A program made the position numbers and the translations under genes. The notes beneath the pieces were generated by a model, which was not told the origin of the DNA, ran no database searches, and saw nothing but the letters and a program-made list of their open reading frames with translations. A stretch of DNA of 64,000 nucleotides, taken from Paecilomyces variotii. Lineage: Eukaryota. The stretch lies in the NCBI GenBank assembly GCA_004022145.1, contig RCNU01000010.1; one strand, written 5' to 3'. Of this stretch, positions 10,942 to 25,831 are shown piece by piece. How positions within the stretch are numbered: the stretch's first letter is position 1; each line of letters opens with the position of its first letter.

Positions 10942-12692
10942 CAGGGAGAGACCCAATATCTGATGAGCTCACCTTATAAAAATAATAACCTTTGACAATT
11001 CAGTCAGGAAACTTCTCGACATGTGGGAGGATACCAGGTTGCAACGAGAACTCCCAGAAGGTATATTCACATACGACCTGATCATGTATTCCGATACAAG
11101 TGATCTTCCATATTTATAAAGATACATCTAATCCAAGTCGATGCTACTAACAATGATAATTATATAAGTGTTGGAGATAGGGAGGAAGGAAGCCATGAGG
11201 CATCTGAAATGGAAATATATATTGTAGTAGAGGCTGCATGTGGTAGAAGACGCATGGAATAGATAGTCTTGATATACACGAAGGAGCACATGTGCTAGCT
11301 GAACAAAGGTTCCTCTGAGAGGACTGCTCAAAGAGCCTCGTATAAACAAAAGTATATCCGATATAGCAGAGGATAGTTGTTCCAGATGTTGGAAGGCATT
11401 CAACAAAAAGATGCTCAAAGGCGCGTGCTGCGGTCTTGTCCGCCGACAAATCAGGCATTCTGTCAAGAAGCAAGAGGTATTTAATTATATAATAAGAAAT
11501 CCAGCTACTCAGCATGACCGAAGAGAGTTGAAGAAATTGCGAAAGCACCTTAGACACCTCACTGAACAGTATCCATGTACTGCTGTGGTTGGTCATTTTC
11601 ATCTCTTACCTCGTACGGTGCTTTCACCCGGAAGGTCTTGGTTTTCTTGGAGATCGTTGTACGAAGTAGGACAGTATTGTCTTTGAAGATGGGCAAACCT
11701 GCTCTGTCTAGCTTATCGTAGGCCAGATCTGAGACAAACCCGAGCGGTACCGTAAGCAGATACTGGAGGCCCCCTTGGTAGCTGAGACAATTCCATCAAA
11801 TATAATCTATATTGATGAGGAACCTTCTGAAGAAAGAGATGGGGAGTGGAAAAGAAGAAGGAGAGCTACGGACCGAAGGACTGCTTAAATATCCAAGAAC
11901 GGGGACTCTCGAGAGGGGAAAAGAGGGGTTGTTGAACAATTCACCATCGAAAAGTTCTGAGATGTCGGAAAATGCATATTGATTGTAGTGAATCCTACAG
12001 CAGGAATCATTCCCCTTCATCACTTCCTGAAGGATATCCCCTATACATCGAATTCACATATTGCGGGGAAGGGGAAGGTAATGAATTATGAGGATATTAT
12101 CTAGGTCCAAGCGAAGCGAGATGCAAAAGAAGCTGCTGTAATCAAAGGCAAACAGGGTTGGAGTATTTTAATAAAAAACACCAGTGGCAGCGAAGGTTAA
12201 GAGGGTACGGAAGAGCGAGGTGGAAGTTGCGGAGGATGAGATTAAAGCATCAGGACGTGGGGAGCATTGCTCTGTTTTACAAATTTGACGGGGGGTTCCA
12301 ATTGCATAAAGTATTTAACGACGCGCAGATCTTCGTACAGGAGAATATAGAATCTGTGTCCGGCTTTCGCACGCGCTGCCCTTTTTGCGTATAGACTTCT
12401 TTTTGTATACATTTTAGCCAACCCCATCTCAAGGTAAGGCTAAGAAGCCTTATAGACAAGCGCAAATACTTCCAATCCTTACTAGAAAAAACAGCACATT
12501 TCAAGCTTACAGGAGGCTGCTTCCCTCTATACAAGCACCACCAAGTGTCTGCAGGTCTGATCGGGAGAACTTGACTCCGGCTGCGCTACGATACAACTCT
12601 TGCATTCAAGGCTGGTCTCGTCCTACTGATGCGCTTTTATCCTCATATGATCTCGCGACAAAAGCAAGGTCAACTTGCTGTAGACTTCCGGC

Positions 12693-13668
12693 ATGATGTT
12701 GCCCGAGATTCCTCCACCTCCGCTGTGAAGAGATGGTGCCCTCTTTTATCGGCCACCAGAGGTTGAACTGTGCGAAGACGCCGCGCGTAAAGGCGATCTA
12801 AAAAGGGTCAAAGAACTCGTCCAACAGCTCCTCCACAGCCATCGCCCATCGTATGAGACCATAAAGCCGCAGCCGGGGTGGTTGTACAGCTCGATCACCA
12901 CCGCCATCGAGCGCCATGACCTCGACATGGTGCAACTCCTCCTTGACGAGAACGTCACAACGCGCGACGCCCTCCTCCCCTTCGAGGACGCGGTACGTTG
13001 TCGAGCTTTCGAAGTATTGAAACTATTCTTACAGCGTGGATGGGATATCAATAAACCCCTACATCGGAACGAGCCGCCCGTGTTAAGGTAACTCACCCAT
13101 CTTAATCTCCATATTCCGCTAACGGTCTTTTCGTATTAGCATTCCTCTCTGTACCGGAGACAAAGAAATGGTCATCTGGCTACTGGACCACGGCGCCGAC
13201 CCTAATGCCCGCTGCGCCTGGGACTACACCCCGACATCGCAAGCCATGTTGGGCGCGCCGCTCGATCTCATAGACTACCTCTTCACCCGCGGCGCCGATG
13301 CACGACGTGGGGAATTGCTGCAGTATGCCGTCCTGAGAGACAAGCCTGATGCACTGGATGTCGTGCGGCGCGCCGTGGAGCACGGTGCCCCGATCAACAA
13401 GGTCAAGTACGAAGACGAGCCTAAGGTGTTCCGGGAGCGGGAGCCGTTTGGGTTGGGGACACCGCTGCATCGCGCGGCGGAGCTTGGGAGAGTGGAGATT
13501 GTGAAGTACTTGCTCGAGCAAGGAGCCGATCCATTGAAGTTGGATAGTAGAGGGAAAAAGCCGCGCTACTGGGCGGATATCAAGGGCCATCCGGCCGCGG
13601 GGATTGTGCTTATTCATGCAGAGGATCAGTGGAGTAATATGCGGCCAAAGGATATGAGCAATTTGTAG
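12693..13668 (+). pseudogene. Ankyrin-repeat protein with in-frame TGA at codon 12; intron 13088-13139
   Basis: Ankyrin motifs LLDHGADPN and GTPLHRAAELGRVEIVKYLLEQGADP. The frame from ATG 12693 is open apart from TGA at 12726-12728. Confidence 0.75.
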
Positions 13669-13999
13669 GTTGTAGGTGTGCAGTGACGTCCATTTGTAAA
13701 CAATAATCTCCTTGACAGCGAATAAAAGGAGAGTCTTGAAGAATATAGCTAGCCCCAATGTGGTAGGGGCTGCCAAGTAACCATATATATCATACCATGT
13801 GAAATCTGTTTTTGATGTCCTGGAGTTGCTTTGATCTGGAAATAGAATATATGGTTGACTTAATTGCCGATGTTTCACAAGGTAACATGTGATCTAACAT
13901 CTCCGATGAGTGACATCTGAGAGCATAATATCGTCTAAGTCGTTGTCTAATATAACTTCAGCGAAATATTGTCTTGTAGGCTGTGAAGCCAAACACATG

Positions 14000-16900
14000 T
14001 TACAGAGGCAGCTTCACCTCCCAGAATGGGACCAGCTCAACCTCCCCCACAAGGCCATATGGCTGTGGTCCATAGCTTGCCGCATACTGTGACTGCTCCC
14101 AACTCTGCGTATTATTAAACTCCAGCAGACGATTTCTCAACGTGCTGGACACTTCGATTCTAACTGTATTTGTCCCGTTTCTGAGAAATGGCGAGATATT
14201 AACTACCGGATCGTCGACGTCGATTGGGGCCGTTTGGTTCTCGTTGATATGTATCTGTGCGGTGTTGAAAATTGGACGTGGAAGAGAAAGGAGGACGCCG
14301 GCGCTGAACGAGCTGTTTCGAACGGGGAACACGGACCAGGAGAATTGTGTGGTGTAGGTCCCAATCCCGGACATGTAGAATAGGCTAGAAGAGATATTGT
14401 ACCAGGGAAAGAGGCGTGGTTGAAGGTCGTAGTAGTTGTGGTACTTGTAGATGGAAGTGTAGTTTTTCGTAGGGTTTGGACCAGGAAGCCATTCTTGAAT
14501 GGTGAGGTTCCATGGTCCCAGTATTGTAGCATCTCTAGGGAGAATATGACTGGGAGAAGATGGGACGTATCGTATATTGCCGTTGCTGAGTGTTATGGAG
14601 TGATCCCTGGCATCAAATATTCTCGCGACTATGCAATTTTCAGAAGAAGAATACGCCAGATGGTGTATATCTGTTCGAGTAACATGAACAGGAGGAATTG
14701 GCGTATCTGGAAAATATTCCTCTGGAGCGAATGCGAATATAGTTGATTGATTAGATCGAAGAGGGACCCAGAGGTTATACCGATTGTCGTCTGTGATACT
14801 GTAGTTGAGTACAGCTGTGATTTCGCCCGTCCATGCATTAAGCTGATACGGAATTCCGCCGTTCGCCTTGATAGATACTTCTGTTTCATGATCGTTATAT
14901 ATATCGGAATTATAGACCCAGAAGTAGTCTACCTTGTTATTTTCATCCCAGCGATGGACGTAAAGGATCGGAGAGGGGGAAATATTACGAGCCGCGGGGA
15001 ATATCTTCAGGTCTTGGAGAGCGGAAACGACTTCTGATTCGGATGAGACGTTTTTCACAGATGGGTATTGAAGTAGCTTCGTTACGGTTTCTTTAACGTA
15101 TTCGTCGCATGTTGGACAATAATACGGTGTCGATTCTGGGACGCCATTGATGAAGATTATGGGAAATCCTTCCTCGGCATATTCGATGAAACGGCTCGCT
15201 GCCTCAGATGTGAGATTCGTCGAGTTGTCGATAATGAACGCAGAAAATGCTGGGCCGTCTTTTGCGAGAACACCTTCGGTTATGATAGCATTGTCCTATA
15301 TCTGGCTTCAGTATGTAGAGACAATAGTTGGAAAGTCAATGCGGTTTCATACCAATTTGAGAAGAGAAGGACTAAGCGCGACATAACTGTACCCTGAGTT
15401 GGCCAAAGAAGGATCACCAAAGATATTCTCGGGAAGACCATAGTGTTTAATGTCAAGATCGATATATTTATGACGGTATATGGCAATATCAACCCGAGGC
15501 ACGCCGGTCTGGAGAATAAGCTGAGTTCGGGCAATCCAATCACCGAATACTCTTGAATATTGCCAGCCGGGCTGTCTGGGACCCCACATCTCAGAATAGA
15601 GCCATTCGAAAGTGGTAAATCCAGGCCATGAAGCGTCTGGACGATATCCAGAGTAGGGGTAACCGTGTAGCACGACACGGTTCACGCCACCAGCGTAGCT
15701 GATCTTGCAGTCATTCAGGATCACAGGCCAGGTAATAGCGTAGGCTTCGTAGCGATGAGCTCCTAGCTCCGAAGAGACGATTTGCCTTCTGCCGAGAAAG
15801 GCACCTCCAGAGAAAGCACGATTAGCATCGATAACTCCATCGAAATAGTTAGACTCTGTCTCAGGGGCGTCAATGTATGCTGCCGAAGCGGTTAGGTCCC
15901 ATGCAGGCGCGAGTATCGGCGCAGTGGCATACGGTTGTAGACTTCCTTGAAGGTCCCATTTAGAAGTCCAGGTAGATAGTCCTGTCAGATGATATTTCTC
16001 ATAGAGTTCCTGGAGTGTTTGTCTGTAATCATTGCGCAACTTTGCACTGATGTCTTTCCCTCCCTCGTCGTTGAAACCAAAGTAATAGTAGCTGTCCGGA
16101 AGAGTGCTCGGGGGTACATTCGTGGTTCCAAAATAGCTCGGGAGAGCAGCAATTGGTGAATAGTTCCTCGATTCTTGGAAGAAGTTGATAAAGTTGTCGG
16201 TCCAGAATAATGTGGCTCTGAATTCCGCTGAATCCTCCCAGGCATAGATTCCTAGTTCGCGGATAAGATCAGCGTTTTCACCGCTCATGACATACTGCTC
16301 AGTGAAAGATGTCCAAAGGTCTGTGCCTGCCTGGCTGAAGTGGTCCACTACATATGCGAACCATGAAGCTGGATTGTTCGGATTTGTCGCATTGTTGAAT
16401 GCACCTTGAGCTGCTAGATACCCGGTTCGACGTTGCCAGAAGGCAAAGAGAATATATTCTCCGCCGTCTGTTGGTGCCGTGTACCGGATGCTCCCGTTTG
16501 AAACCCGCGCAGTCACATCTTGTACACTATGATAGTCCAGTTGGACAACCCGAGGATCATCGGACGGAACTAAATACATATATCGTCAGCAGTGCTCAGG
16601 TCAAAAGGCCTCTTAGTCGTACTTTTACTCTTGCGTGCCACAATCGCAGAGACGAATTTGTTCGTGTAATTGACAAGAGGAGGGTAAAAGTCGGGCTTGT
16701 TCGCATATCCAGCATCGGTATTCTTTGGCTGAGGAAGCCATCCATCATATGTTTGGCCAGATGTTAAGTTGACTTGACCATATGCGAGTTCAGTATTCAT
16801 TCCCTTCGTGTCAGGGTCCAGAATTGGAATGGAGGCCCCCTGAGTAGGACCCAATGCGAAATCAGCTGTCATGTTGAGTGCTTTTATGGCATGCAATATA

Positions 16901-17238
16901 GTGTTGAATTTCTGATACCACCGTGCCCCTCCATATCCGTAAAGAGCAGGATCAACAACAGCATCTTCGATGCCGTAATTTTCGAGGCAAATGATTTCTG
17001 CACCTCCTGCACCGTGCTCCTTCATCTGCTTCAGGTCAAACTGCAGTACATTATCTTCAACATCCGCATCTGGAACCCAGTAACGAAAGTATGGTCGCGC
17101 CAGTCCAACGGGATTATCGAACTGTTGCGACACATTGTAAGTTATCCATGTTGCAGGACGCTGCCCAAAACCTGGAGGTTTTGCGTTGTTGGCAACAGCT
17201 ATACCAGCAAGGAGAGAAACAATCACCCATAAATGCAT
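14000..17238 (-). CDS. Secreted GH106 alpha-L-rhamnosidase-like protein (introns ~16570-16625 and 15296-15352)
   Basis: Signal peptide MHLWVIVSLLAGIAVA; motifs RPYFRYWVP, GAGGAE, DFALGP, SSELGA and GVNRVVLHGYPY; C-terminal GTNTVRIEVSSTLRN...YGLVGEVEL. The exons splice into one open frame. Confidence 0.85.
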
Positions 17239-17522
17239 TTTAACGTGCTTGCTTTGACAAACGCTACGTCTATTATTTACCCCTGGTGGAAACCGATTCT
17301 TTATCAACCTTTGGGAAATTCTATTCTACTCAATGATTTATCTTTCAGACAAGCTCCACTGTCAAATCTCGTTCATCTTTGTTCCTCCAAGCAGACTCCC
17401 GATAGGAGCAGGGATATCGGCAAGATTCAAGCCCATACTATGTGGGATTTGGGAGGTAAAATAACGCAAATATATGTCGGAAGTTGCCGAACTTTCGCCT
17501 ATAGTGCAGTGGTATATTTTGC

Positions 17523-17539
17523 CGGAAGTAATTTTCCCG
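17523..17539. promoter_or_regulatory. CGG-N11-CCG Zn2Cys6 site (RhaR/Gal4-type)
   Basis: CGG AAGTAATTTTC CCG lies in the GH106/GH28 divergent promoter. Confidence 0.55.
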
Positions 17540-17669
17540 CTGATAGTTCGAATATAGGAGTTCGCATCGCAGGTAGTATCGACTGAATGAAGACTAAGTG
17601 GGGGAATCTGCTGCAAGTGCGGAACAACGCCATAGAGACTGTATATTGCGTCTATCGACGGCTGACGAA

Positions 17670-17678
17670 TCCTCCAAT
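17670..17678 (+). promoter_or_regulatory. GARE galacturonic-acid response element (GaaR-type)
   Basis: TCCTCCAAT matches TCCNCCAAT, about 170 bp upstream of the GH28 ATG. Confidence 0.55.
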
Positions 17679-17848
17679 ACCAATCATATCTCTACATCTC
17701 AGGCTATTTACTTGAAACAGGAACAGGATTTTAAGTAAATTAAGTAGAATGACAAAAGGATCGGTCTACTCGTGAGCACTGTAAATTTCAAACTGCAAAG
17801 AGCTCTATCGGTTACTCTGTACGTTGTTTACTGCATCGGTTTCTCAAA

Positions 17849-19530
17849 ATGAAGAGTATAATATGGCTAGTTTCAATTATAATTTTTTGCACTGCCACCG
17901 CACTTGGTGCGAATCAAACATCCACGACGAAAACATGCGTTGTCCCAGCTCATGGCAACGGCGAAGATGACTCCCCATCGATCAAGGCAGCATTCAATAC
18001 CTGTAGACACAATGGACACGTTATATTCTCAGAGAACCAGACATATAGCATTCAACAGGTTCTCCAGCTGCACAACCTCAGCAACGTTCATATCGACTTG
18101 AGAGGTACTTTATTGGTATGGACACATATACCTTATAACAGAATATTGATTTACTCACATTTCACTAGTACTCGACGGATGTGCGCTACTGGATCCAGCA
18201 CGGGTCATACTATCCATTCCAAAACATATCAATTGCATTGGAGTTATCGGGAGATCACATCACTGTTGATGGACATAATACAGGCGTGATTGATGGCCAA
18301 GGCCAGGTCTGGTATGACTGTAAGTGACTCCAACTCACATATACAAAAATCGATCTCTGAGAACAAGAAGTGGCCCTTGGTGTGGGTGGATTGTTTGGAC
18401 GACCCATACCATTCTCTTTTCGCAATGCGCGAAACTCAATCGCTCGGAATTTCGCCATCAGACAATCTGGAAAATGGTAAGGAACTATGTATCGACTAAA
18501 CGATGAAACGCTAATCGCAAACCAAGGAATTTCGTCATTATCGAATCGAAGAATATCACAGTAGACAATATCAAGCTCACTGCACATTCTGATGATTATC
18601 AGGTATGAGGTATCAACGCGGAGAGACTTGCTATAGTTGACTGGTCTTCAGGCAAATCCTGGAAACCTTGGTAATACAGATGGTTTCGACACCCTTTACA
18701 GCGATGATGTTAGAATTTCAGTCAGTAATACAAGCCCCTCACATGATTGACAACTTTCTCATACGTTCATTAGAACAGCTACGTTGATACAGGAGATGAC
18801 TGTGTCAGTTTTAAGCCAGGTACGAACGGACGTGCTAAGACAAATAAATTCTCTCTAACAAAGTTAGGCTCAACCAATATTCATGTCAAGAACCTAACTT
18901 GCGTCCAAACGGCTGGAATCGCCATCGGAAGTCTTGGTCAGTATCAAGGCCAGTTTGACTTGGTAGAGAATATCACAGCTGAAGATATCACGGTAAGCTG
19001 CGAACTTGAGGAGGAATATTCCTATATTAACTTCGTATACAGCTCAAACACAGCCGGAATGGCGCCTATATCAAGACCTACAACGGCAAAAGTGTCTACT
19101 ATCCTCCTCAAGGCGGTGGTAACGGGACAGGTCTTGTGCGGAACGTTTGTAAGTAGAAAGACCTAAATTTATCACTCCAATACAGCTAATCACCGACAAA
19201 TTTTCAGTATTCGAAAACTTTCACATCGAGGATATCACAGCAGCGCCAGTCTTACTCCAGCAGTGTACCCATTGGGCTGGTTGGGGTGTGCCTCCATGCG
19301 CTGAGTACCCATCGGCGGGCTTCACATTCAACAATATAACCTGGCATAACTTTACTGGATATGCTAATGAAGCTATTGGTAATACGACTATCTCTCTGGA
19401 GTGCTCGACAAAATCTACGTGTACGAACTTTCGCTTTTCGGACATCAATGTTCGACCTGTAAACGGTTATGCATCAGCCAAGTGTACGAACGTGAGCGGT
19501 TTAGATGATCGATGTCGACCGTCTAGTTAA
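17849..19530 (+). CDS. Secreted GH28 exo-acting pectin hydrolase (Rgx/exo-rhamnogalacturonase-like), 8 introns
   Basis: Signal peptide, DDSPSI, NTDGFD, GDDCVSFKPG, GIAIGSLGQY, GAYIKT and YPPQGGGNGTG. Eight GT-AG introns splice in frame. Confidence 0.88.
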
Positions 19531-20062
19531 GCAGGAAGCAGCTCAATCGTTAGTGATATTGAGATTATCTATCTGTTTAAGTGTGTTGAGACAGGCAGCT
19601 CGAAAATACATAGATTCAAATGCAACCACAGGAAAAGGTTTTTATCTTCCTCTTTAGTGTGATATAGGAAATAGTCATAACACCAGATCAGAAGATCTAT
19701 CGGTTCTTAAGAGAATGAATATATAGCGGAGCAATGATCTTTTTGCCTCCCCGGTCAACTGGGATTGAGCTTGGTCGAGGAGAGCAGACCTCCAGACGGC
19801 CATGCGCTATAGCCCGGTTCGAAAATAATCCTTAACAGGAAGGTGAATTATCAAGTATTCTAGATCACTGATACTGGATAATAGTAAGTTGAGTATCTCA
19901 GAAGCGGGGCTGACTTTGGATCACGCAATTGCAAGGGCGTCTTGTGGGCCACGCGTTAGTTACAACCATTAGTTGAATCATGTTTTTGGTGGCCGACAGT
20001 TCATTACCCTGTCTATCTTTATTAGCCGGGGTTCTAAGCTCAAGCAACATGGAGATACATAA

Positions 20063-21873
<1,811 letters not shown>

Positions 21874-22103
21874 GATTATCCCCCTTTTTTTCTCTCTCTT
21901 TTTGATCGCTATCGAACTTTATTCGGAAACTAATTTTGGGTTTTTTCTTCATAGGAGAGAGGAGCTTGATCCAGATTATGTCCTTCCCAAGAAATAGAGA
22001 ACATATCAATGATAAAATGAACAATATTGCCGAAACAATTCGTTACATGCAATCGATAAAGCTCGCCATAGATCAACGAGTAACTAGCATGATAAGGTGC
22101 CTG

Positions 22104-22379
22104 TCACTCTCCCTCATAACCCCCTCCTTGATACGCATTAATCTCAAGACCCCCAATAATACGACTGGGCGGCGAAATCAACATCAACTGCTCGATATCA
22201 TCCATAACATCCTTGCCATGCTCTCGCGTCTTCCGAGGAAACATATCCAGAAATCCCGCAACCTCCTTTGAATTCAGGACTCGATAGCTCAGGACGGCGC
22301 CGTTTTTATCGAAGTTGCGCCACACACCGTCTTCGCCGAGGCCGGAGAAACCGTCAGGGTCTTGGCGTAGGGATTCCAT
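22104..22379 (-). CDS. Small hypothetical protein (5' end uncertain)
   Basis: DGFSGLGEDGVWRNFDKNGAVLSYRVL looks protein-like. A possible upstream acceptor lies near 22465. Confidence 0.4.
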   Translation of the reverse strand: MESLRQDPDGFSGLGEDGVWRNFDKNGAVLSYRVLNSKEVAGFLDMFPRKTREHGKDVMDDIEQLMLISPPSRIIGGLEINAYQGGGYEGE

Positions 22380-23860
22380 GATGCAGAGTAGGTGTAGTCG
22401 GGAGAACGGGATGGAGTACGAGGCTGTGAATGATGGGTAGGGGGAGGGGAGGGGTTCTTCGATCTATTGGTGGGAGAGGTGTGAGGTTAGTTTTGATGGA
22501 TCATCAGGTCTTGGGAAGCGGAGGGGTTTGTTTTACCATTATGTACGGTCCTTTGGGGGGCTTATAGTGGGGATATCGTTTTTGGTTTCTTGACCAGAGG
22601 AATGAATAACGAGGAGGAGCAGGAAATGTAGGCGCTCTATGGTAGATGGAGGAGAGGTGTGAAGGGGGAGAATTTAATGGATATTTCAGGCGGAGGTAAT
22701 GCATTTCATGGTTTCACAGACAACGTCATATTCGTACTACTATCTACATATTAGGGTCTCTGCTATAGTACTTTTGACCACCGTGTGACATCGGATCAGA
22801 ACAAAGCCAGTAGGGATCATTACGGAAGCAGCAGCAGCGCGGACTGCATAATTAAGGGCATCCTGCGAGGAGAAAATGCTAGCTGTAGTACAAATCAGGA
22901 GATGGATTATGTGGTGAATCCCTGGTTATTATTTTCAAGACTATTATTTTGGACATGCTGGAATGCTCGCTCACGCTGCATCAGGACTGGTCAGTCGTAT
23001 TGGGTGTATCGGGTATTGAGTACTAGAGCGAATCCTAAGGAGAACACCCCGGAGGACATGTCAGAGATACTCATGCACACTTTCCTTTGCTTCTGTTGAT
23101 GCACGTTCATAATACCCAAATCGCAGCTAAGCTGGAATTGTTGGCAAAACAGAGCTGAGGGTGCGTTCGTCCCGTTTCCGTTGTCTGTTTGACTACTATA
23201 CCTACATATGTACTTCACCGCTTCATGATTGGCTTTTTCTTCCTCCTCCACGTTATCCAATACGAATTCTGATTCGACAAACTATGCAAATAATATTGCA
23301 AATAGATTGCTATGTACACGTGGTTTACAATTCCCCGAGATCGTCAGCCAAGCATTGCTTATCACTCACTTGCATGAACTCCATAAGCTTATCTACTCTG
23401 CGGAATGCAGATCTACACGTGTGAATGAAAGCGCCGATAGTTTCCAGCCTAGGAGTGGTATTCGTTTTCATTACGGGACGAGCCGTGATCGAGCTAAAGA
23501 TACATACAATGACAAGGTAACTATGGGGTATAGACAATCCAGACATTAAAGACTCAATCATAATTTGGTAAGGCAAGCCATCGACCAGCCTAACCTGGAG
23601 AGAGTAGTCTCTGTCCGCAACGCGCAGATCGCAATGCAATCTGGTGCAGATGCGTAAAATGCTCGAGCAGCCCGCTGAGCTCCATAATGACTAGTTTAAT
23701 GCGGGCAAAGATGCACGTTAGAACCGAAACAGAGAGAAAAGAAAATAGATCAGCCAGCCAGTGTTCGAGCCAGCGGCTGTGACTGGAAACGGAAAGTCAA
23801 GTCATCACGTCGTGCAACGACTGCTCCCGCAGCCCTCATAATATAATCATGGCTGTCCAC

Positions 23861-25831
23861 TTAGGCGGACTGGTCGGGATCCTTGATGTGCTCGATATGA
23901 GCTTCACCGTTTTCCATGTGGTAGTCTGCGTTGGCATGGGACTTGTTGGTGATAATTCCCTTTTCGCCGGAAACATGACTAGCACGGCGCAAGTGATCTT
24001 CCGTCTCAGCGTAGTTGATGAGCAGTTCACCATTCTTGCCGTAGCGGCGAGGCTCATCCCGTGCAACCTTGACAAGGTCCCAGATAGAAGTGGTCTTGTG
24101 GAAGATGTTGTCCATCTCCTCCAGAGAACGGTAGGCAGTCTCCGGGTAGAAGAAGTAGACGACGGGGAAGATAAAAGCGTTACTGGAGAACAAGAGTCAA
24201 CAATTGTTCACCCAGCGCATCAGAAGACGGGCAACTACTCACATAACTGCGAAGATAATGTAGGTTCTGTATCCGATGGAGCTGAAAGCCACAGGAGTAA
24301 TCATGACGACCATGAAATTGAAGGCCCAGTTGGCGGAGGTGGACAGAGCGTTGGCGGGGGCACGGATACGCAGAGGGACCTGCACATCGAGAATTAGTAT
24401 ACCTATTTCATGGGAGAGAGACAATGCGGGGCTCTACGTACGATCTCAGCCGGGTACAGCCAGGTCATACCCAACCAACCCCAGGCGAAAAAGGTGTTGA
24501 AGACAAACAGGAAGACTGCTGCCACAATACCAGGCTTGGTCTGGCCCTCGAAGCTCGTAGTGATGGCCAGGACCACCATCGAGAGAGACATTCCCGCAGC
24601 GCCAACCAGCATCAGCGGTCGACGGCCAACCTTTTCGACGATTACGACGGGAAGCCACGAAGCCAAGAAGTACTCCGTTCCGTTGCAAGCAGCAAGGATA
24701 CGAGAGAGCATACCGCTGAGACCAATGCTGTTCTCGTAGATAACGGCCGCGTAGTAAGTGATGAGGTTGATACCGGAGATCTGTTGGAACATCTGGTTGA
24801 CGTAGGCCAGGACGACACGGTGGAAGTGCCTGTCTTCGTCCATGGTGAAAAGATCCTTGAAAGAGGAATCCTTGAGGGCCAAGACGGTGTCCTTGATTTC
24901 GGTGAACTCGGTGTGTATCAAGGGGTCATCAGCAGGCAGATCCATCAGAGCCGTGAGCACTGCAACGGCCTCCTCCTCTTTGCCCTTCATTATGAGCCAA
25001 CGAGGCGACTCGGGAAGAGGCAAGACAAAGAGGAGAATGATGATGGCGAACAAGATCTGGAAGGCAATGGGAAACCTCCACGAGACCGAGGATGGCTCGA
25101 GGAAGGAGAATCCAAAATCCAGCCAGTAACTGATACAGATACCACCTGTGATGAGAGCGCCTTCTATCATGACGAGCTGACCACGGCGATGTGACTTGGA
25201 GCACTCTGATTGCCACGTCGGGACGGTCGAGGTATTCAGGCCATTTCCAATTCCAGTTACGATACGGCCGACAATCAAGTGCGCGAGTTCGAAAGCGGTG
25301 CACTGCAGGACCGCACCGACCACCATGATTGCGGAGCCTATGAAGATAGTCTTCCGACGTCCGAGGCGATCACCAATGAAGATACATAGAATGGCACCAC
25401 AGAAACAGCCGACATTGTACGACGCAACAGCAATACCTGCACCATAGTGTCAGGTTTGGGGGGCCACATCAACAGATCTTTTGAGGGGTTCGAATTTACC
25501 TTGGATGGTTGAACGGTGGTTGACTTGGGACTGGGTGAGACCGGCCGTACCCTCCTTGGTAGTATCGATCGAAGGGAATGTTCTAACCCAAGAGCCCAGG
25601 GACAAAAGTCCTCCCATGACACCTCTGTATTTAACAATCAGTGACTGCTCCAATGGCACTCTTGATGCCAAAAGCTCTTACTGGTCATAACCGAAAAGCC
25701 TGGCAGACATGTTAGCACGTAGTCACCGTTGAAGGTTTAATGGATTCAGGGCCATACAAGAAATCCAGACCGGCGATGATGCCGATAGCGACGTTGAGCC
25801 TAGTGCCCTTAAGCCCCAGGTACCGACCCAT
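23861..25831 (-). CDS. MFS sugar-porter transporter (STL1-like), multiple introns
   Basis: MGRYLG...LFGYDQGVMGG, GDRLGRR, PTWQSE, PESPRWL, QQISGINLITYY, WLYPAE and PET...LEEMD. Confidence 0.93.

Noticed and set aside
11128-12534. Several minus-strand ORFs, possibly another decayed gene
   Set aside because: No recognisable motif or consistent splice model.
13180-13878. 232-aa minus-strand ORF
   Set aside because: Antisense shadow of the GC-rich ankyrin exon.
24424-25194. 256-aa plus-strand ORF
   Set aside because: Antisense shadow of the codon-biased MFS transporter.
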